Assembly: GCA_963810935.1 (NCBI GenBank)
Contig: CAWEPK010000010.1
Coordinates: forward strand, 288,001 to 352,000
DNA from: an uncultured delta proteobacterium
GTDB lineage: Bacteria; Desulfobacterota; Syntrophorhabdia; Syntrophorhabdales; WCHB1-27
DNA length: 64,000 bases
Direction of reading: 5' to 3'
In this document: positions 41,849-52,193 of the stretch, in pieces
Numbering within the stretch: the first letter of the stretch is position 1
Layout: the number at the start of each line of letters is the position of its first letter
Notes under the pieces: model-generated
Told to the model about the DNA's origin: nothing
Seen by the model: only the letters and a program-made list of their open reading frames with translations
Databases searched by the model: none
Program-made: the position numbers and the translations under genes

Positions 41849-42466
41849 ATGTCAACAATCAGTATAATGAAAGAATACGGAAAATCGGTGTTTATCGCCC
41901 TCTTGCTGGCCCTTTTTGTGAGGAGCTTCGTAGTCGAGGCGTTCAGCGTGCCTTCCGCCTCGATGACGCCCACCTTGCTGGCAGGCGATTACCTGCTGGT
42001 CAACAGACTTTCTTATGTAGTGAAGGCGCCTTTCACCGACCTCGTTCTTTTGAACCTGGGGGACCCGAAGCCCGGCGACACGGTCGTCTTCCGCTACCCG
42101 ATGGACCACACCAAGGACTTTGTCAAAAGGGTGGTGGCAATAGGGGGCGATACCGTTGAGATCAGAGACAAGGTCCTCTACGTAAACGGGAAGAGGGTGA
42201 ATGTGGCCGCCGTACAGTTCACGAGCCGCCAGGACCTTCCCGCTTATCTGTCTCCACGGGACAACCTCCGCCCGGTAACCGTACCCGCCGGCTCCTGCTT
42301 CGTCATGGGGGACAACAGGGACGATAGCCTGGACAGCAGATACTGGGGGTTCGTGAAAAAAGACGACCTGATCGGAAAGGTCGAGATCCTTTACTTTTCT
42401 TATGACCTTGGCGCCGACCCGCTTCACGCCGTCAGGTGGCAGAGGATCGGGCGCCTCATAAAATAA
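41849..42466 (+). CDS. lepB: Signal peptidase I
   Basis: PSASMTPTL, FVKRV, GDNRDDSLDSRYWG. Confidence 0.95.
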   Translation: MSTISIMKEYGKSVFIALLLALFVRSFVVEAFSVPSASMTPTLLAGDYLLVNRLSYVVKAPFTDLVLLNLGDPKPGDTVVFRYPMDHTKDFVKRVVAIGGDTVEIRDKVLYVNGKRVNVAAVQFTSRQDLPAYLSPRDNLRPVTVPAGSCFVMGDNRDDSLDSRYWGFVKKDDLIGKVEILYFSYDLGADPLHAVRWQRIGRLIK

Positions 42467-42502
42467 CGGCAGGCCGGGGACGGCTCCTGCCGGTCCGTCT
42501 CT

Positions 42503-42793
42503 TTACCGGGACCGCTTCGCCTTTCCGCCGGCCGTCTTTTTGCCGGCGCCCGACAGGCAGTCCGCACATATCCATCCGTCGCCGACTTCTTCAGCGCCGG
42601 CTATCGGCTTGACCCTGACGCAGTTCAGGCACCTTATCTCCTGGACCCCTGCCGCCATCAACTGCACCTTTCTGGGCAAAGGCTCTTTTCTCAATACCAG
42701 CGTCCTGTCCTGATACTCAAGCTCGGCCTCCGGCGTTTCTTCGATCTCGTATTCCTCTTCCTGGCGTCCGGCTGCATTCATTTTTCTGCTCAT
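42503..42793 (-). CDS. Hypothetical acidic protein with CxxC...CxxC zinc finger
   Basis: CLNC...WICADC. Confidence 0.55.
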   Translation of the reverse strand: MSRKMNAAGRQEEEYEIEETPEAELEYQDRTLVLRKEPLPRKVQLMAAGVQEIRCLNCVRVKPIAGAEEVGDGWICADCLSGAGKKTAGGKAKRSR

Positions 42794-42984
42794 AATGTCA
42801 CCTGCTCCTCCCGGCCGGCCGGGGTTGCGCCTGACCTGCCCGGGATCATTGTACTCCATATCGTATGGGGTACTTTCTGTATTTCTTATCGAGTACAATA
42901 TAGTACGCCGAGATTAAAACCGCATTAGGCGCGGATTAAAATCTATCTTTCGCCCGTTAATTTTTGCAAAATTCACTCCTCCCG

Positions 42985-44119
42985 TCAATCCAACGACTTC
43001 TGGAACCTGAAAACGCTGACGCCGAGCATGATGACGCCGAGCAGCGCCATACCCGCCATATCCTGCCAGAGGACGCTTAACCCGGCGCCCTTGAGATAGA
43101 CGGAGCGCAGGACCTCCTGAAAGTAGCGCAAGGGGTCGAGGTAGGTCAGCCATTGCAACGCCTCCGGCATGTTGCTTATCGGCGTGCCGAAACCCGAAAA
43201 GATGATCGAGGGGATAAAAAAGAAAAAGGCGGTCGTCATCGCCTGCTGCTGCGTCCTCGACACCGTGGAGATGAAAAGACCGATGCCGAGCACGCTCAAA
43301 AGGAACAGGACCGTGCCGAGGCCCAACACGCCTATGCTGCCGCGCAGGGGGACGCCGAACCAAAGGCTTCCGAAGACCGATACGAGGATTGCGTCGAAAA
43401 GCCCGATGGCGAAGAAAGGAACTGTCTTGCCCAGTATAAATTCGATACGGCGGATGGGGGTGACCATGATCTGCTCGAGCGTGCCTATCTCGCGCTCCCT
43501 CACCACCGCAAAGGCGGTCAGGTTTATGACGATCACCATGATCAGGTTGCCGATGACGCCGGGTATGAAGAACCAGCGGTCCGATATGTCCGTATTGTAC
43601 CAGGGCCTGCGGTCGAGCATGATGCGAGGCAGGCCTGCCGCGACTGCCGGCTGCAAGCGCCTCAAACGGTCCGTCTGGTAGTCCCGGCCGAAGACGGCGG
43701 CCACCTGGTTTACGTAGCCCAGGCCGATCAGGGCCGTGTTGGAATTGCTGCTGTCAACGATCACCTGTATGTGCGCCGCATTACCCTTCTCCAGGTCCCT
43801 CGTGAATCCGTCGTTGATCTGCATCGCTATGGTAATGTCCCCGGCGTCGATCAGGCCGGGGATCTCCCTGCGGTCGGCCGGCAGGGTACGTACCTTGAAA
43901 GTATTGGCTTGCCTTGAAGCGGGAGATGAGGTCGCGGGTGGCCTGGGTGTTATCGTAATCGAGTATCGCGGTCGGAACATGCTTTATCTCAAGGGTGGCG
44001 GCATAGCCGAAGATCAGCATCTGTATGATCGGTGGGCCGAAAAGCAGAAAGCGCGTCCGCCTGTCCCGGAAAACCTGGATGAATTCCTTTATGAGCATAT
44101 GGCGCAGACGACCGAGCAT
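42985..44119 (-). CDS. ABC-2 type permease, YbhR-like (frameshift near 43900 as assembled)
   Basis: LIKEFIQVFRD in one frame; REREIGTLEQIMVTP, SGFGTPI in the other. Confidence 0.88.
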
Positions 44120-44126
44120 ATTCCCT

Positions 44127-45260
44127 CTATCCCAGCTTTTTCTTGAAGACGCGTGTGGCGGCGAAAACGAGAAGGCACGCGAGGACCGCCAGCGCAATAA
44201 GGTCGTTCCGCATCACCGTCACTGCCGAGCCCTTGAGAAAGACGTTCCGTATGACGGACATATAGTACCGGGCGGGCATCAGGTAGGTAATCCCCTGGAC
44301 AACGGCGGGAAGCTGGTCGAGGGGGAAGAGGAACCCCGAGAGGAGGAACGCGGGAAGGAACGTTACCAGAAGCGACGCCTGGCTTGCCGCGAGCTGCGAC
44401 TTCGCCACGACCGAAATGAAATACCCCAGGGAAAGGACGACTATCAGGAAAAGGGCGGAGCTCATTAAGAAGACGGCCCAGCTCCCCCGGAAGGGCACGC
44501 CGAACCATAAGATGCCGAAGACCGTGCACAGGCAGGTGTCGAGCATCCCTACGGCAAAATAGGGCGTAAGCTTGCCGAGCATCAATTCGAGGGCGGTCAC
44601 AGGCGTAGAGATAAGCTGCTCCATCGTGCCCCTCTCCCATTCCCTGGCGATGGTGAGGGCCGTAAGGAACGTTCCGATAACGGCCATCACGATGACTACG
44701 ACGCCCGGCACAATGTTGGCTGCGCTTTCGAGGTTCTCGTTGAACCATGTCCTCGCGTCTACGGTGAGCGGCGCCTGGACCCATGTTTGCCCGTGGCGCA
44801 AGGCCCAGTTCATCTGCACCTGCTGCGAATAGGCCTGGACTACCGCCTCGCTGTACGCGATTGCCAGGTTCGCGGTGTTGCTGTCCGTCGCGTCGATCAG
44901 CGCCTGTATGCTTACAGGCCGGCCTTCGCTCAGCCGCTGGGAGAAGTCGTGCGGGATGACGACTGCGAGCTTGCACTTCCCTTCATCGAGGGCGCGCACA
45001 ATCGCAGGGTAGTTATCGACTGTGCGGACTACCTGGAAATACTCCGATGCCTGGAAGCGCTTCAACAGGTCCTGGCTCGCCTGGCTGCCCTCCCGGTCGA
45101 AGCAGTATACGGGCAGGTGCTTCAGGTCCACGCTGACGCCATACCCGAAAACGAGCATCATGACGATAGGCATGGCGACGACTATGCCGATGCTCCTCGC
45201 GTCGCGGGCTATCTGGAGCACTTCCTTCCATGCGACAGCCTTCAGCCGGTGCAGTTTCAT
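44127..45260 (-). CDS. ABC-2 type permease, YbhS-like
   Basis: KEVLQIARD, AREWERGTMEQLISTP, LLSGFLFP. Confidence 0.92.
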   Translation of the reverse strand: MKLHRLKAVAWKEVLQIARDARSIGIVVAMPIVMMLVFGYGVSVDLKHLPVYCFDREGSQASQDLLKRFQASEYFQVVRTVDNYPAIVRALDEGKCKLAVVIPHDFSQRLSEGRPVSIQALIDATDSNTANLAIAYSEAVVQAYSQQVQMNWALRHGQTWVQAPLTVDARTWFNENLESAANIVPGVVVIVMAVIGTFLTALTIAREWERGTMEQLISTPVTALELMLGKLTPYFAVGMLDTCLCTVFGILWFGVPFRGSWAVFLMSSALFLIVVLSLGYFISVVAKSQLAASQASLLVTFLPAFLLSGFLFPLDQLPAVVQGITYLMPARYYMSVIRNVFLKGSAVTVMRNDLIALAVLACLLVFAATRVFKKKLG

Positions 45261-46219
45261 TGCCTGGTCGCTCCACGGCCGTGCTCGTCCCTGCGGCTCG
45301 TAAGGGAGACGAAGACGTCTTCGAGGGTGGGGGCGATTTGCCCGATCCTGCGGACGGCCACGCCCTTTTCGGAAAGATACCCCTTGAGGACGGGCGCGGA
45401 TTCTGCGGCCGCGGCTACGACGACGTGGATCGAGTCGCCGAAGATGGCGGAGTCAAGCACCACTGGGTGCACCTGCAAAAACTCCAGCGCTTGCACTACC
45501 CGGTCGCATTCGAGGTTTAGCAGCTCGCCTTTCATTTTTTCCCGCTTCAGCTCCGACGGCGAGCCTGCCGCGACGATCCGCCCGGCGTCGATGAGGACCA
45601 GGCGCCGGCAATACTCCGCCTCGTCCATGTAATGGGTCGTCACGAAGACCGTCGCCCCGTCCGATGCCATGCGCTGGATCAGCTCCCAGAATTGCCGCCT
45701 GGAGATGGGGTCCACGCCGGACGTCGGCTCGTCGAGGAAGACTATCCGCGGGTGGTGAAGCACTGCGCAACCGAGCGCGAGGCGCTGTTTCCATCCGGTC
45801 GCGAGCGTCCCCGTGATGGTCGATTCGCGGCCTTTCAGCCCCGCCATCCCGAGCACCCATTCGATCCGCTCGGGCAGCATAGAGGCGGGCACGCTGTACA
45901 TGCCGGCGAAAAAACGGATGTTCTCTATCACTTTCAGGTCGTTGTACAGCGAAAAACGCTGGGACATATACCCTATCTGCTGGCGGACGGCCTCGGGCCT
46001 GCGGCTGACGTCGATGCCTGCGACGGCCGCAGAGCCGGAAGTCGGGCGCAGCAACCCGCACAGGATGCGTATCGTCGTGGATTTGCCGGCGCCGTTGGGC
46101 CCGAGAAAACCAAATATCTCACCAGGGCTTGCCTCCAGGCTCACGTGGTTTACTGCGGTGAACGACCCGAACCTCTTCACCAGGTCGCGCACGACTACCG
46201 AGGGAGCTTCGCTAGGCAT
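45257..46219 (-). CDS. ABC transporter ATP-binding protein
   Basis: GPNGAGKST, LDEPTSGVDP, TTHYMDEAE. Confidence 0.95.
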   Translation of the reverse strand: MPSEAPSVVVRDLVKRFGSFTAVNHVSLEASPGEIFGFLGPNGAGKSTTIRILCGLLRPTSGSAAVAGIDVSRRPEAVRQQIGYMSQRFSLYNDLKVIENIRFFAGMYSVPASMLPERIEWVLGMAGLKGRESTITGTLATGWKQRLALGCAVLHHPRIVFLDEPTSGVDPISRRQFWELIQRMASDGATVFVTTHYMDEAEYCRRLVLIDAGRIVAAGSPSELKREKMKGELLNLECDRVVQALEFLQVHPVVLDSAIFGDSIHVVVAAAAESAPVLKGYLSEKGVAVRRIGQIAPTLEDVFVSLTSRRDEHGRGATRQ

Positions 46220-47159
46220 GACCAGCCCCCGCGATTGCCTGGACGAAAAGGTCTTCTATCGTGGCTGTCGTTTGCTCAATGCGGTCAAAGGGCGCGTTGA
46301 GGGACGCCAACCGCGCCTGCAATTCGGGGACGCGCTTTGAGGCGTCGTCTACCAGGAGCCGCAGCCTGTCCCCCACAAGCAGGATGCTCGACACACCAAC
46401 CGCGCCTGTGAGGGCGTCGTCCAGCCGCCTCGGCTCCGGGGAGATCACCGAGACGACCTCGCCTGCGACCTTTTTCCTCAGCCCTTCGGGCGTATCGACG
46501 TACAGGAGCCGCCCCTGGTGGAGCAAGGCCACGCGATGGCAGCGCTCCGCTTCGTCGAGGTACGACGTCGAGATGAGGATCGCGATCTTCTCGTCGAGCA
46601 ATGCATAGAGGATAGCCCAGAAATCGCGGCGGGAGACCGGGTCTACACCGTTCGTCGGCTCGTCGAGGAGGATCACCCTGGGCGTATGTATCAGCGCGCA
46701 GACCAGTCCCAGCTTCTGCTTCATGCCTCCGGAAAGCTGCCCGGCAAGGCGCTTGCCGAAAGGGGCCATCCCTGCGGCTGCGAGCAGCCTGGATGCGCGG
46801 CGCTCCATATCCGCCCGGCCCAGGCCGAAGAGGCCCGCGTAAAAGCGGATGTTCTCTTCCACAGTCAGGTCTTCGTAGAGGCCGAACCGCTGCGACATGT
46901 AGCTTACCTGGTGCTTGACGCCTTCGGGATCGCGGGTGACGTCAAAGCCGGCGATATCCGCAGATCCGGAAGTCGGGGTAAGCACACCGGCAAGCATCCG
47001 GATCGTCGTAGTCTTGCCCGCACCGTCAGGCCCTACGAGGCCGAATATCTCCCCGTGGCCGACGTCGAAGCTTAAGGTATCTACTGCGGTAACGCCGGGG
47101 AATTCCATTGTCAGCCCGGCTGCTGCTATGGCGCGGCCGTTGCCTTGCTCCGTGCTCAA
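46212..47159 (-). CDS. ABC transporter ATP-binding protein
   Basis: GPDGAGKTT, LSGGMKQ, LDEPT. Confidence 0.95.
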   Translation of the reverse strand: MSTEQGNGRAIAAAGLTMEFPGVTAVDTLSFDVGHGEIFGLVGPDGAGKTTTIRMLAGVLTPTSGSADIAGFDVTRDPEGVKHQVSYMSQRFGLYEDLTVEENIRFYAGLFGLGRADMERRASRLLAAAGMAPFGKRLAGQLSGGMKQKLGLVCALIHTPRVILLDEPTNGVDPVSRRDFWAILYALLDEKIAILISTSYLDEAERCHRVALLHQGRLLYVDTPEGLRKKVAGEVVSVISPEPRRLDDALTGAVGVSSILLVGDRLRLLVDDASKRVPELQARLASLNAPFDRIEQTTATIEDLFVQAIAGAGHA

Positions 47160-48163
47160 CGGCCCGCCCCTTCGATTACTGCGTCGGCGGGCATGCCCGG
47201 CTTCAGCTCATGGTCGGGGTTTTCCAGGTCTATCTTAATCCGGTAGACGAGGGTAACACGCTCTTTGTGGGTCTCCACGCTTTTCGGCGTGAACTCCGCG
47301 ACGGACGAGATGAACGATACGCGCCCTCTGTATTTCTTTCCCGGGAACGTGTCCGTCGTTACCGTCGCGGCCTGTCCCCAGCGCACGCGCCCAAGGTCCG
47401 TCTCGTTGATATAACCGCGCAGCCAGAGATGGTCGATGTCGGCAATCGTCACTACCGGGGAGCCGGGCAGCATGACTTCCCCCAACTCGGCCTGCCGAAC
47501 GGTGACCACGCCTGTCTTCGGCGCATAGAGCGACGTGTAGGAGAGCCGGATGCGCGACAGGTCGAGGCTCTGTCTGGCCGTCTGCACGTTCGCCCGGTTT
47601 ATCGCAATCTGCTCCTTACGCGTACCCTCCTGAAGCTCGTTGTAGGATTGGGCGGTGCGCTCGTAGGCGGTCCGCGCCCGCTTCAGGTTCGTTTCCGCCG
47701 TATCCCTCGTCTCCGCTGAGACAAGGGCATTTTTCGCGTATAGCGCTTGGTTGCGCCGGAACTCGACTTCTTTCAGCTCCAGGTCCGCTTTGGCATCGAG
47801 CACGGATTGCTCGGCGGCTTTGATCTCCTGCCCGCGCGTCCCGGCAAGGGCGAGGTTCAGCTCGGCTATCCTGGAGTTGAGCAAGGCCTCGTCTATCTTT
47901 ACCTGCTGCTCGTAATCGCCTCTGTCGAGCCGCGCGACAAGGTCTCCCGCACGTACATACCGGCCTTCCTGCACTGGCAAGTCCTCCAGGCGGCCCTGCA
48001 CCTTGAAACCCACGAGGCTTTCGTGGGCCTCGATGTTGCCGGAGACGGTCAATGCATTGCCCTGCGGCTTGCGCGCTGCGAGGAGAACGAGCAGAACGAT
48101 GAGGCAAGCCGCGATTGCGGCGATTATGACTATCGTAACGATCTTTTTTCGCGTGGCCGGCAT
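47156..48163 (-). CDS. HlyD/YbhG-type membrane fusion protein
   Basis: N-terminal TM, SGNIEA, AEFTPKSVET, LKPGMPAD. Confidence 0.92.
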   Translation of the reverse strand: MPATRKKIVTIVIIAAIAACLIVLLVLLAARKPQGNALTVSGNIEAHESLVGFKVQGRLEDLPVQEGRYVRAGDLVARLDRGDYEQQVKIDEALLNSRIAELNLALAGTRGQEIKAAEQSVLDAKADLELKEVEFRRNQALYAKNALVSAETRDTAETNLKRARTAYERTAQSYNELQEGTRKEQIAINRANVQTARQSLDLSRIRLSYTSLYAPKTGVVTVRQAELGEVMLPGSPVVTIADIDHLWLRGYINETDLGRVRWGQAATVTTDTFPGKKYRGRVSFISSVAEFTPKSVETHKERVTLVYRIKIDLENPDHELKPGMPADAVIEGAGR

Positions 48164-48216
48164 TAGCCTCCCTCCAGTCAGCCGAGCTTTCGAAAACCCC
48201 GGCTGCCTCCTGACGA

Positions 48217-49875
48217 CTACCAGTCAGGGAGCCGAACGGGCGATTTCGCTTCCCATGCGGGTTTCGCGTAAGCCGCCGGATCGAGCAGCTTCCCCCAATC
48301 GGTCCGTTTGGCCATCTCTTCTTTCACGTCGGGAGGGAAAAGCTCCCTGCCTTCCCTAATCTCCCATCCGCCCCCAAGCCCCCTGTAGACCGCCACCAGG
48401 TTGGACGACAGGTTGCCCAGGGTGACGGCCAGGCTGTCCTGCTCGTTCAGAAGGGCCTGCTGCGCCAGCAATACAGCAGTGAAGTCCCGTATGCCTTCCC
48501 GGTATTGCTCCACCACCATGTCGAGGGCGGACTTTGCGGCTTCGGTCCCGGCACGCAGGTGCGCGGCCCTTTCCTGCGCCTTCAGGAAGGCAACCAGGGC
48601 GTCCTCCACTTCCCTTTGGGCTTTGAGGACGGTGTTGCGGTACGTGATCAAAAGCTCCTCGAACCGCGCGTCCTGCGCCCTGACGTTATTTCTGATCCGG
48701 CCGTAGTTGAAGATGCTCCACTGGACCGAAGGGCCGAATTGATAATTTCGGCTCTTCCAGGCGAACATGTCGCCCAGGCTGAAGTTGTTCACGTCACTCG
48801 AAAGGAAACCGAACATTCCCGACAGCGAAAAAGCGGGGTAAAGGTCCGCCTTTGCCACGCCTATCTGGGCGCTCTGCGCAGCCGCCTGGTATTCGGCGCT
48901 CCTGACGTCGGGCCTTCTGCGAAGCAGGTCATTCGGGATCCCGACAACTATCTCCGGCGGCGAGACGGGTATCTCCGAAGGGGCTTTCAGCTCCTGTGCG
49001 AGGTCGCCCGGCGGCAGGCCCAGAAGGACGCAAAGCCCGTTCTCGGCCTGGCGGAGTTGCGTCTCAAGGGTGGGTATCGACGCGAGGGTATCGCTCAGCG
49101 CGGTCTTTGCCTGCTCAGTATCGAGCCGTGACGCCCTGCCGTGCATGAGGCGCTCCTGTGCCACCAACAGGCTCTCCCTCTGGACCTCCACGTTTTTACG
49201 GGCGATGGCAAGCCTCTTCTCGATGGTCCTTATCATAATGTAGGAGTTTGTCACGTCGGCGGTCAGGCTCACGAGGGCGCTGTCGTAATCGGCAACCGAT
49301 GCTGCGAGGCTTGCATCCGCAGACTCGATATTACGCCGGAACCTGCCCCAGAAGTCGATTTCCCAGCTTGCGTTCAGACCTACCTGATCCTGCCAGTAAT
49401 TAAAAAGACTGCTCGAAAGACTGTGCGGGATTACAGGGGATTGAAGGAGGGCACCCAGCGGGTAGCGGTCGCTCAGGCGGATGTCCTGTACCGCACCTGT
49501 TGCCTGCTGCGTCTGGGGATAGAGCCTGCCGACGGCGATGCCGAGAATGGCGCGGGCCTCCAGGACCCGGACCCCGGCGACCCGGAGAGACAGGTTGTCG
49601 CGGTATGCGCGGTCGATCAAGCCGTCCAGAAAAGGGTCGTTGAATGCCTTCCACCATTCCTTATACCGGGCAGGCCCGGTCTTGACGCGCGGATCGCCTG
49701 CGTCGATCCAGTTCCGGGACACAGGGGCCTCAGGCTTCACGAAGTCCGGCCCGACCGCGCACCCGGAAACAAGAAACGCAGAGAGAAGCAGGGCAGCGAC
49801 CGGCGCAAGCCGGACCCTCGCCTTCCTTACCGCGTCACAAGCCTTCCCGTCTTCAATGAGCCTGTTTCTTTCCAC
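48217..49875 (-). CDS. Outer-membrane efflux lipoprotein (NodT/TolC family)
   Basis: Lipobox VSGC, WEIDFWG, LLRRRPDV, YRGLGGGW. Confidence 0.93.
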   Translation of the reverse strand: MERNRLIEDGKACDAVRKARVRLAPVAALLLSAFLVSGCAVGPDFVKPEAPVSRNWIDAGDPRVKTGPARYKEWWKAFNDPFLDGLIDRAYRDNLSLRVAGVRVLEARAILGIAVGRLYPQTQQATGAVQDIRLSDRYPLGALLQSPVIPHSLSSSLFNYWQDQVGLNASWEIDFWGRFRRNIESADASLAASVADYDSALVSLTADVTNSYIMIRTIEKRLAIARKNVEVQRESLLVAQERLMHGRASRLDTEQAKTALSDTLASIPTLETQLRQAENGLCVLLGLPPGDLAQELKAPSEIPVSPPEIVVGIPNDLLRRRPDVRSAEYQAAAQSAQIGVAKADLYPAFSLSGMFGFLSSDVNNFSLGDMFAWKSRNYQFGPSVQWSIFNYGRIRNNVRAQDARFEELLITYRNTVLKAQREVEDALVAFLKAQERAAHLRAGTEAAKSALDMVVEQYREGIRDFTAVLLAQQALLNEQDSLAVTLGNLSSNLVAVYRGLGGGWEIREGRELFPPDVKEEMAKRTDWGKLLDPAAYAKPAWEAKSPVRLPDW

Positions 49876-50539
49876 TCATCGTCACCGTCTTCGGCAGCTT
49901 AACGCTTGCCCTTCCCTTGTCGGTCATCACGCCCCCGAGCACTATGCCCGTGACTGTGAGAAACGCTTCCCGGGGCGTAAGCCCAAGCTCCTCCAATTTC
50001 TGCGGGTTCATTATGCCCTGCACGGTCGCCGACAGTATCTCGATAATGAGGTCCGCCGGGATCTCCTTTGAAACCAGCCCGGCCTTCCGCCCTTCGTCCA
50101 GCACCTTGCCGAAATAGCGGCGCACCATCTCGTGTCGCCTGGTCTGCACGAGCCTGAACATGTCGGGTTGTTCACGTTGTATATCCCGTAGGAACGCAGG
50201 CTGGATTTCCTCCGTGTGCCGTCGAAGACAAATATAAAGTGCTTGCAGCGTAGCCGGGAAATCGGAAAAACCGGCCGCGGTAATCCGCCCTAAATCGGCG
50301 TCGACCTCACGCAGTTTTTCGAGCAGGACCGTTTCGAGCAATGCGACCTTGCCGGAGAAATGGCGGTAAAGCGTTTTTTTGCTGATGCCGAGCTCCGCGG
50401 CGAGATCGTCCATCGTTACCCCGCGAAATCCATGGGTGAGAAAATGGCGCCTCGCCTCCCCGACGATGCGGTCCCGAACAGACTCGGGCGGACGCGTAGG
50501 CCGGCTTTTTTCGCGTGATCCTGACATGTAGGCGCTCAT
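49853..50539 (-). CDS. TetR/AcrR family regulator
   Basis: F..GF..VTMDDLAAELGISKKTLYRHF. Confidence 0.93.
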   Translation of the reverse strand: MSAYMSGSREKSRPTRPPESVRDRIVGEARRHFLTHGFRGVTMDDLAAELGISKKTLYRHFSGKVALLETVLLEKLREVDADLGRITAAGFSDFPATLQALYICLRRHTEEIQPAFLRDIQREQPDMFRLVQTRRHEMVRRYFGKVLDEGRKAGLVSKEIPADLIIEILSATVQGIMNPQKLEELGLTPREAFLTVTGIVLGGVMTDKGRASVKLPKTVTMSGKKQAH

Positions 50540-50546
50540 ATACCCT

Positions 50547-50574
50547 GGAAACGATTTTAGTACTATCAGTTTCC
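50547..50574. promoter_or_regulatory. Possible TetR operator
   Basis: Imperfect inverted repeat GGAAAC...GTTTCC just upstream of the tetR start, next to a TTGACT -35 (minus strand). Confidence 0.4.
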
Positions 50575-50591
50575 GGAGTCAAGGAAAAAGG

Positions 50592-50656
50592 ATGATGTGT
50601 AAAAGTTAACCTCTTCCCGGACACTTTCCGGGAAGAGGTTAACTTTTACACATCAT
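50592..50656. repeat. Perfect 30-bp inverted repeat with 5-nt spacer
   Basis: ATGATGTGTAAAAGTTAACCTCTTCCCGGA-cactt-TCCGGGAAGAGGTTAACTTTTACACATCAT. Confidence 0.95.
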
Positions 50657-50659
50657 GCC

Positions 50660-51181
50660 TCAATTTGTCTGGCGGGAATATGGGGCACAGGTTTGTTCTT
50701 CTTTGATGACTTGAGGCGGCTCGCCGGTTGCTGGTTTCATGGTTGTCACAACACTTAGCTTACCGCTATTTAAATCGAAAATATTGTGTGTCGAGATTGA
50801 ACCTTCTTTAGATTCGCTCATTACGTTGCTCCATGAGATCTTATTGCCGTCAAGCTCAATTGCTGCCGTATAATTTGCTATCTGATTTATCCCAAGAAGC
50901 CCGAAATCTTTGCCTTTGTTATTAAGTATTCGGAATGACACCGTTTTCTTAACAAAATCGAATGTATATATATTGCGCGGGGTGAGTGTATCCATTGCCG
51001 AGACCAGATCGGCATCATTGCCCGCTATTGCCGGACCAAGAAGGTTCGCCAATTCAGATTTACACTCGTAGACTGGCGAGTCGTTCGCATAAGAAGGTGC
51101 GCATTGAGACATCAGAGCAAACCATAGCAAAGGCATAACTATTACAAGATAACGGTAGCAACGACTGTATAACGCATGCAT
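50660..51181 (-). CDS. Hypothetical exported protein, AT-rich relative to neighbours
   Basis: 173-aa ORF with hydrophobic N-terminus and a Cys pair; GAGGA RBS. Confidence 0.65.
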   Translation of the reverse strand: MHALYSRCYRYLVIVMPLLWFALMSQCAPSYANDSPVYECKSELANLLGPAIAGNDADLVSAMDTLTPRNIYTFDFVKKTVSFRILNNKGKDFGLLGINQIANYTAAIELDGNKISWSNVMSESKEGSISTHNIFDLNSGKLSVVTTMKPATGEPPQVIKEEQTCAPYSRQTN

Positions 51182-51469
51182 GGTGTATCCTCCTCTTACT
51201 CAAGGCCATGCGATCCTATTATCCGGTGGGTCGCGTGACAGCTTTTGCGCTCCTGAGTTTCCTCCTTTATGGGAGGACCCCAATTTGTTGTGCTCCTATT
51301 CGACCATGGCCGTTTTCATGTTGTCAAACAAAAAGCGCGCGGGTAAAACTATCACGTCCGGCGGATTGTGGGCCTTGAACCGTTCGAGGATAATGGTTGC
51401 AGCTTGAACCATGCGGGAACTATCATTATGATAGGGCTTCGGGAATCAATCAAGAAGGAGGACTCAGTC

Positions 51470-51664
51470 ATGCAGGTGAAAGTGTTCTCGAGTAAAGGTG
51501 ATGCCCCAGTACTGGAAACTGAGATTAATGCGTGGCTTAAGAAGAATGAAAACGTTCAGGTAAGCCACGTAAAACAAAGCTACGCTTCTGACGGTCAGGG
51601 CGTTTTCTACATACTTATGTCGGTCTGGTATACAGTAACTTTACCTGAATCGTCTCCTATCTGA
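51470..51664 (+). CDS. Small protein with MQVKVF...LE.EIN.WL pattern (Cse60-like)
   Basis: AGGAGG RBS, 64 aa. Confidence 0.65.
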   Translation: MQVKVFSSKGDAPVLETEINAWLKKNENVQVSHVKQSYASDGQGVFYILMSVWYTVTLPESSPI

Positions 51665-51773
51665 TCGCGCCATCATAGGTACAGTCATTCCGACCGAGAA
51701 AAAGGGCGTGGCGAGGGTCTGACGGCTCTGCGGAACCTGTCTGAGGTTAGATTCTCTTCTTTGCCCTGAGCAT

Positions 51774-52010
51774 CTAAAGACGGCTGAGTCTTCCCCCGAT
51801 GAATTGACCCACAAAAAACGACCCTGCAAACAACGGGAATGTTACAGGCTGCCAGCCAACACCGGGCAGCAAGCGTAGGGCTATGATTAAGGGCACCGGA
51901 AGGTGGACGGCGAGGAACCATTGGCCGGACAGTCTCCGCGTGCGTGACCGCCAGTAACCGAAGGGGAGGTTAAGCAGGATAACAACTCCTGCGAGGAGAG
52001 CAAGATTCAT
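51774..52010 (-). CDS. Small membrane protein
   Basis: LNLPFGYWR...WFLAVHLPVP...GQFIGG; three hydrophobic segments. Confidence 0.75.
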   Translation of the reverse strand: MNLALLAGVVILLNLPFGYWRSRTRRLSGQWFLAVHLPVPLIIALRLLPGVGWQPVTFPLFAGSFFVGQFIGGRLSRL

Positions 52011-52193
52011 GAAGAGGTATTGTAAGTATACTACATCGGCATGCATAAATCAGAGGTCGTTTTCTGCGAATAGGTGAACTTATGCCCATGCGCATCATAC
52101 CGATCCGATATGAGGGGCGTGGCAAGGTGCTGGGCGGCTGTGGAGAGTCCCTTTGCGGGGCTTCTAACTATGTTCTTCTCTTCTGAAACTGGC

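Noticed and set aside
50592..50656. Inverted repeat as an integron attC site
   Set aside because: No RYYYAAC/GTTRRRY ends, no extrahelical bases, no further copies and no integrase.
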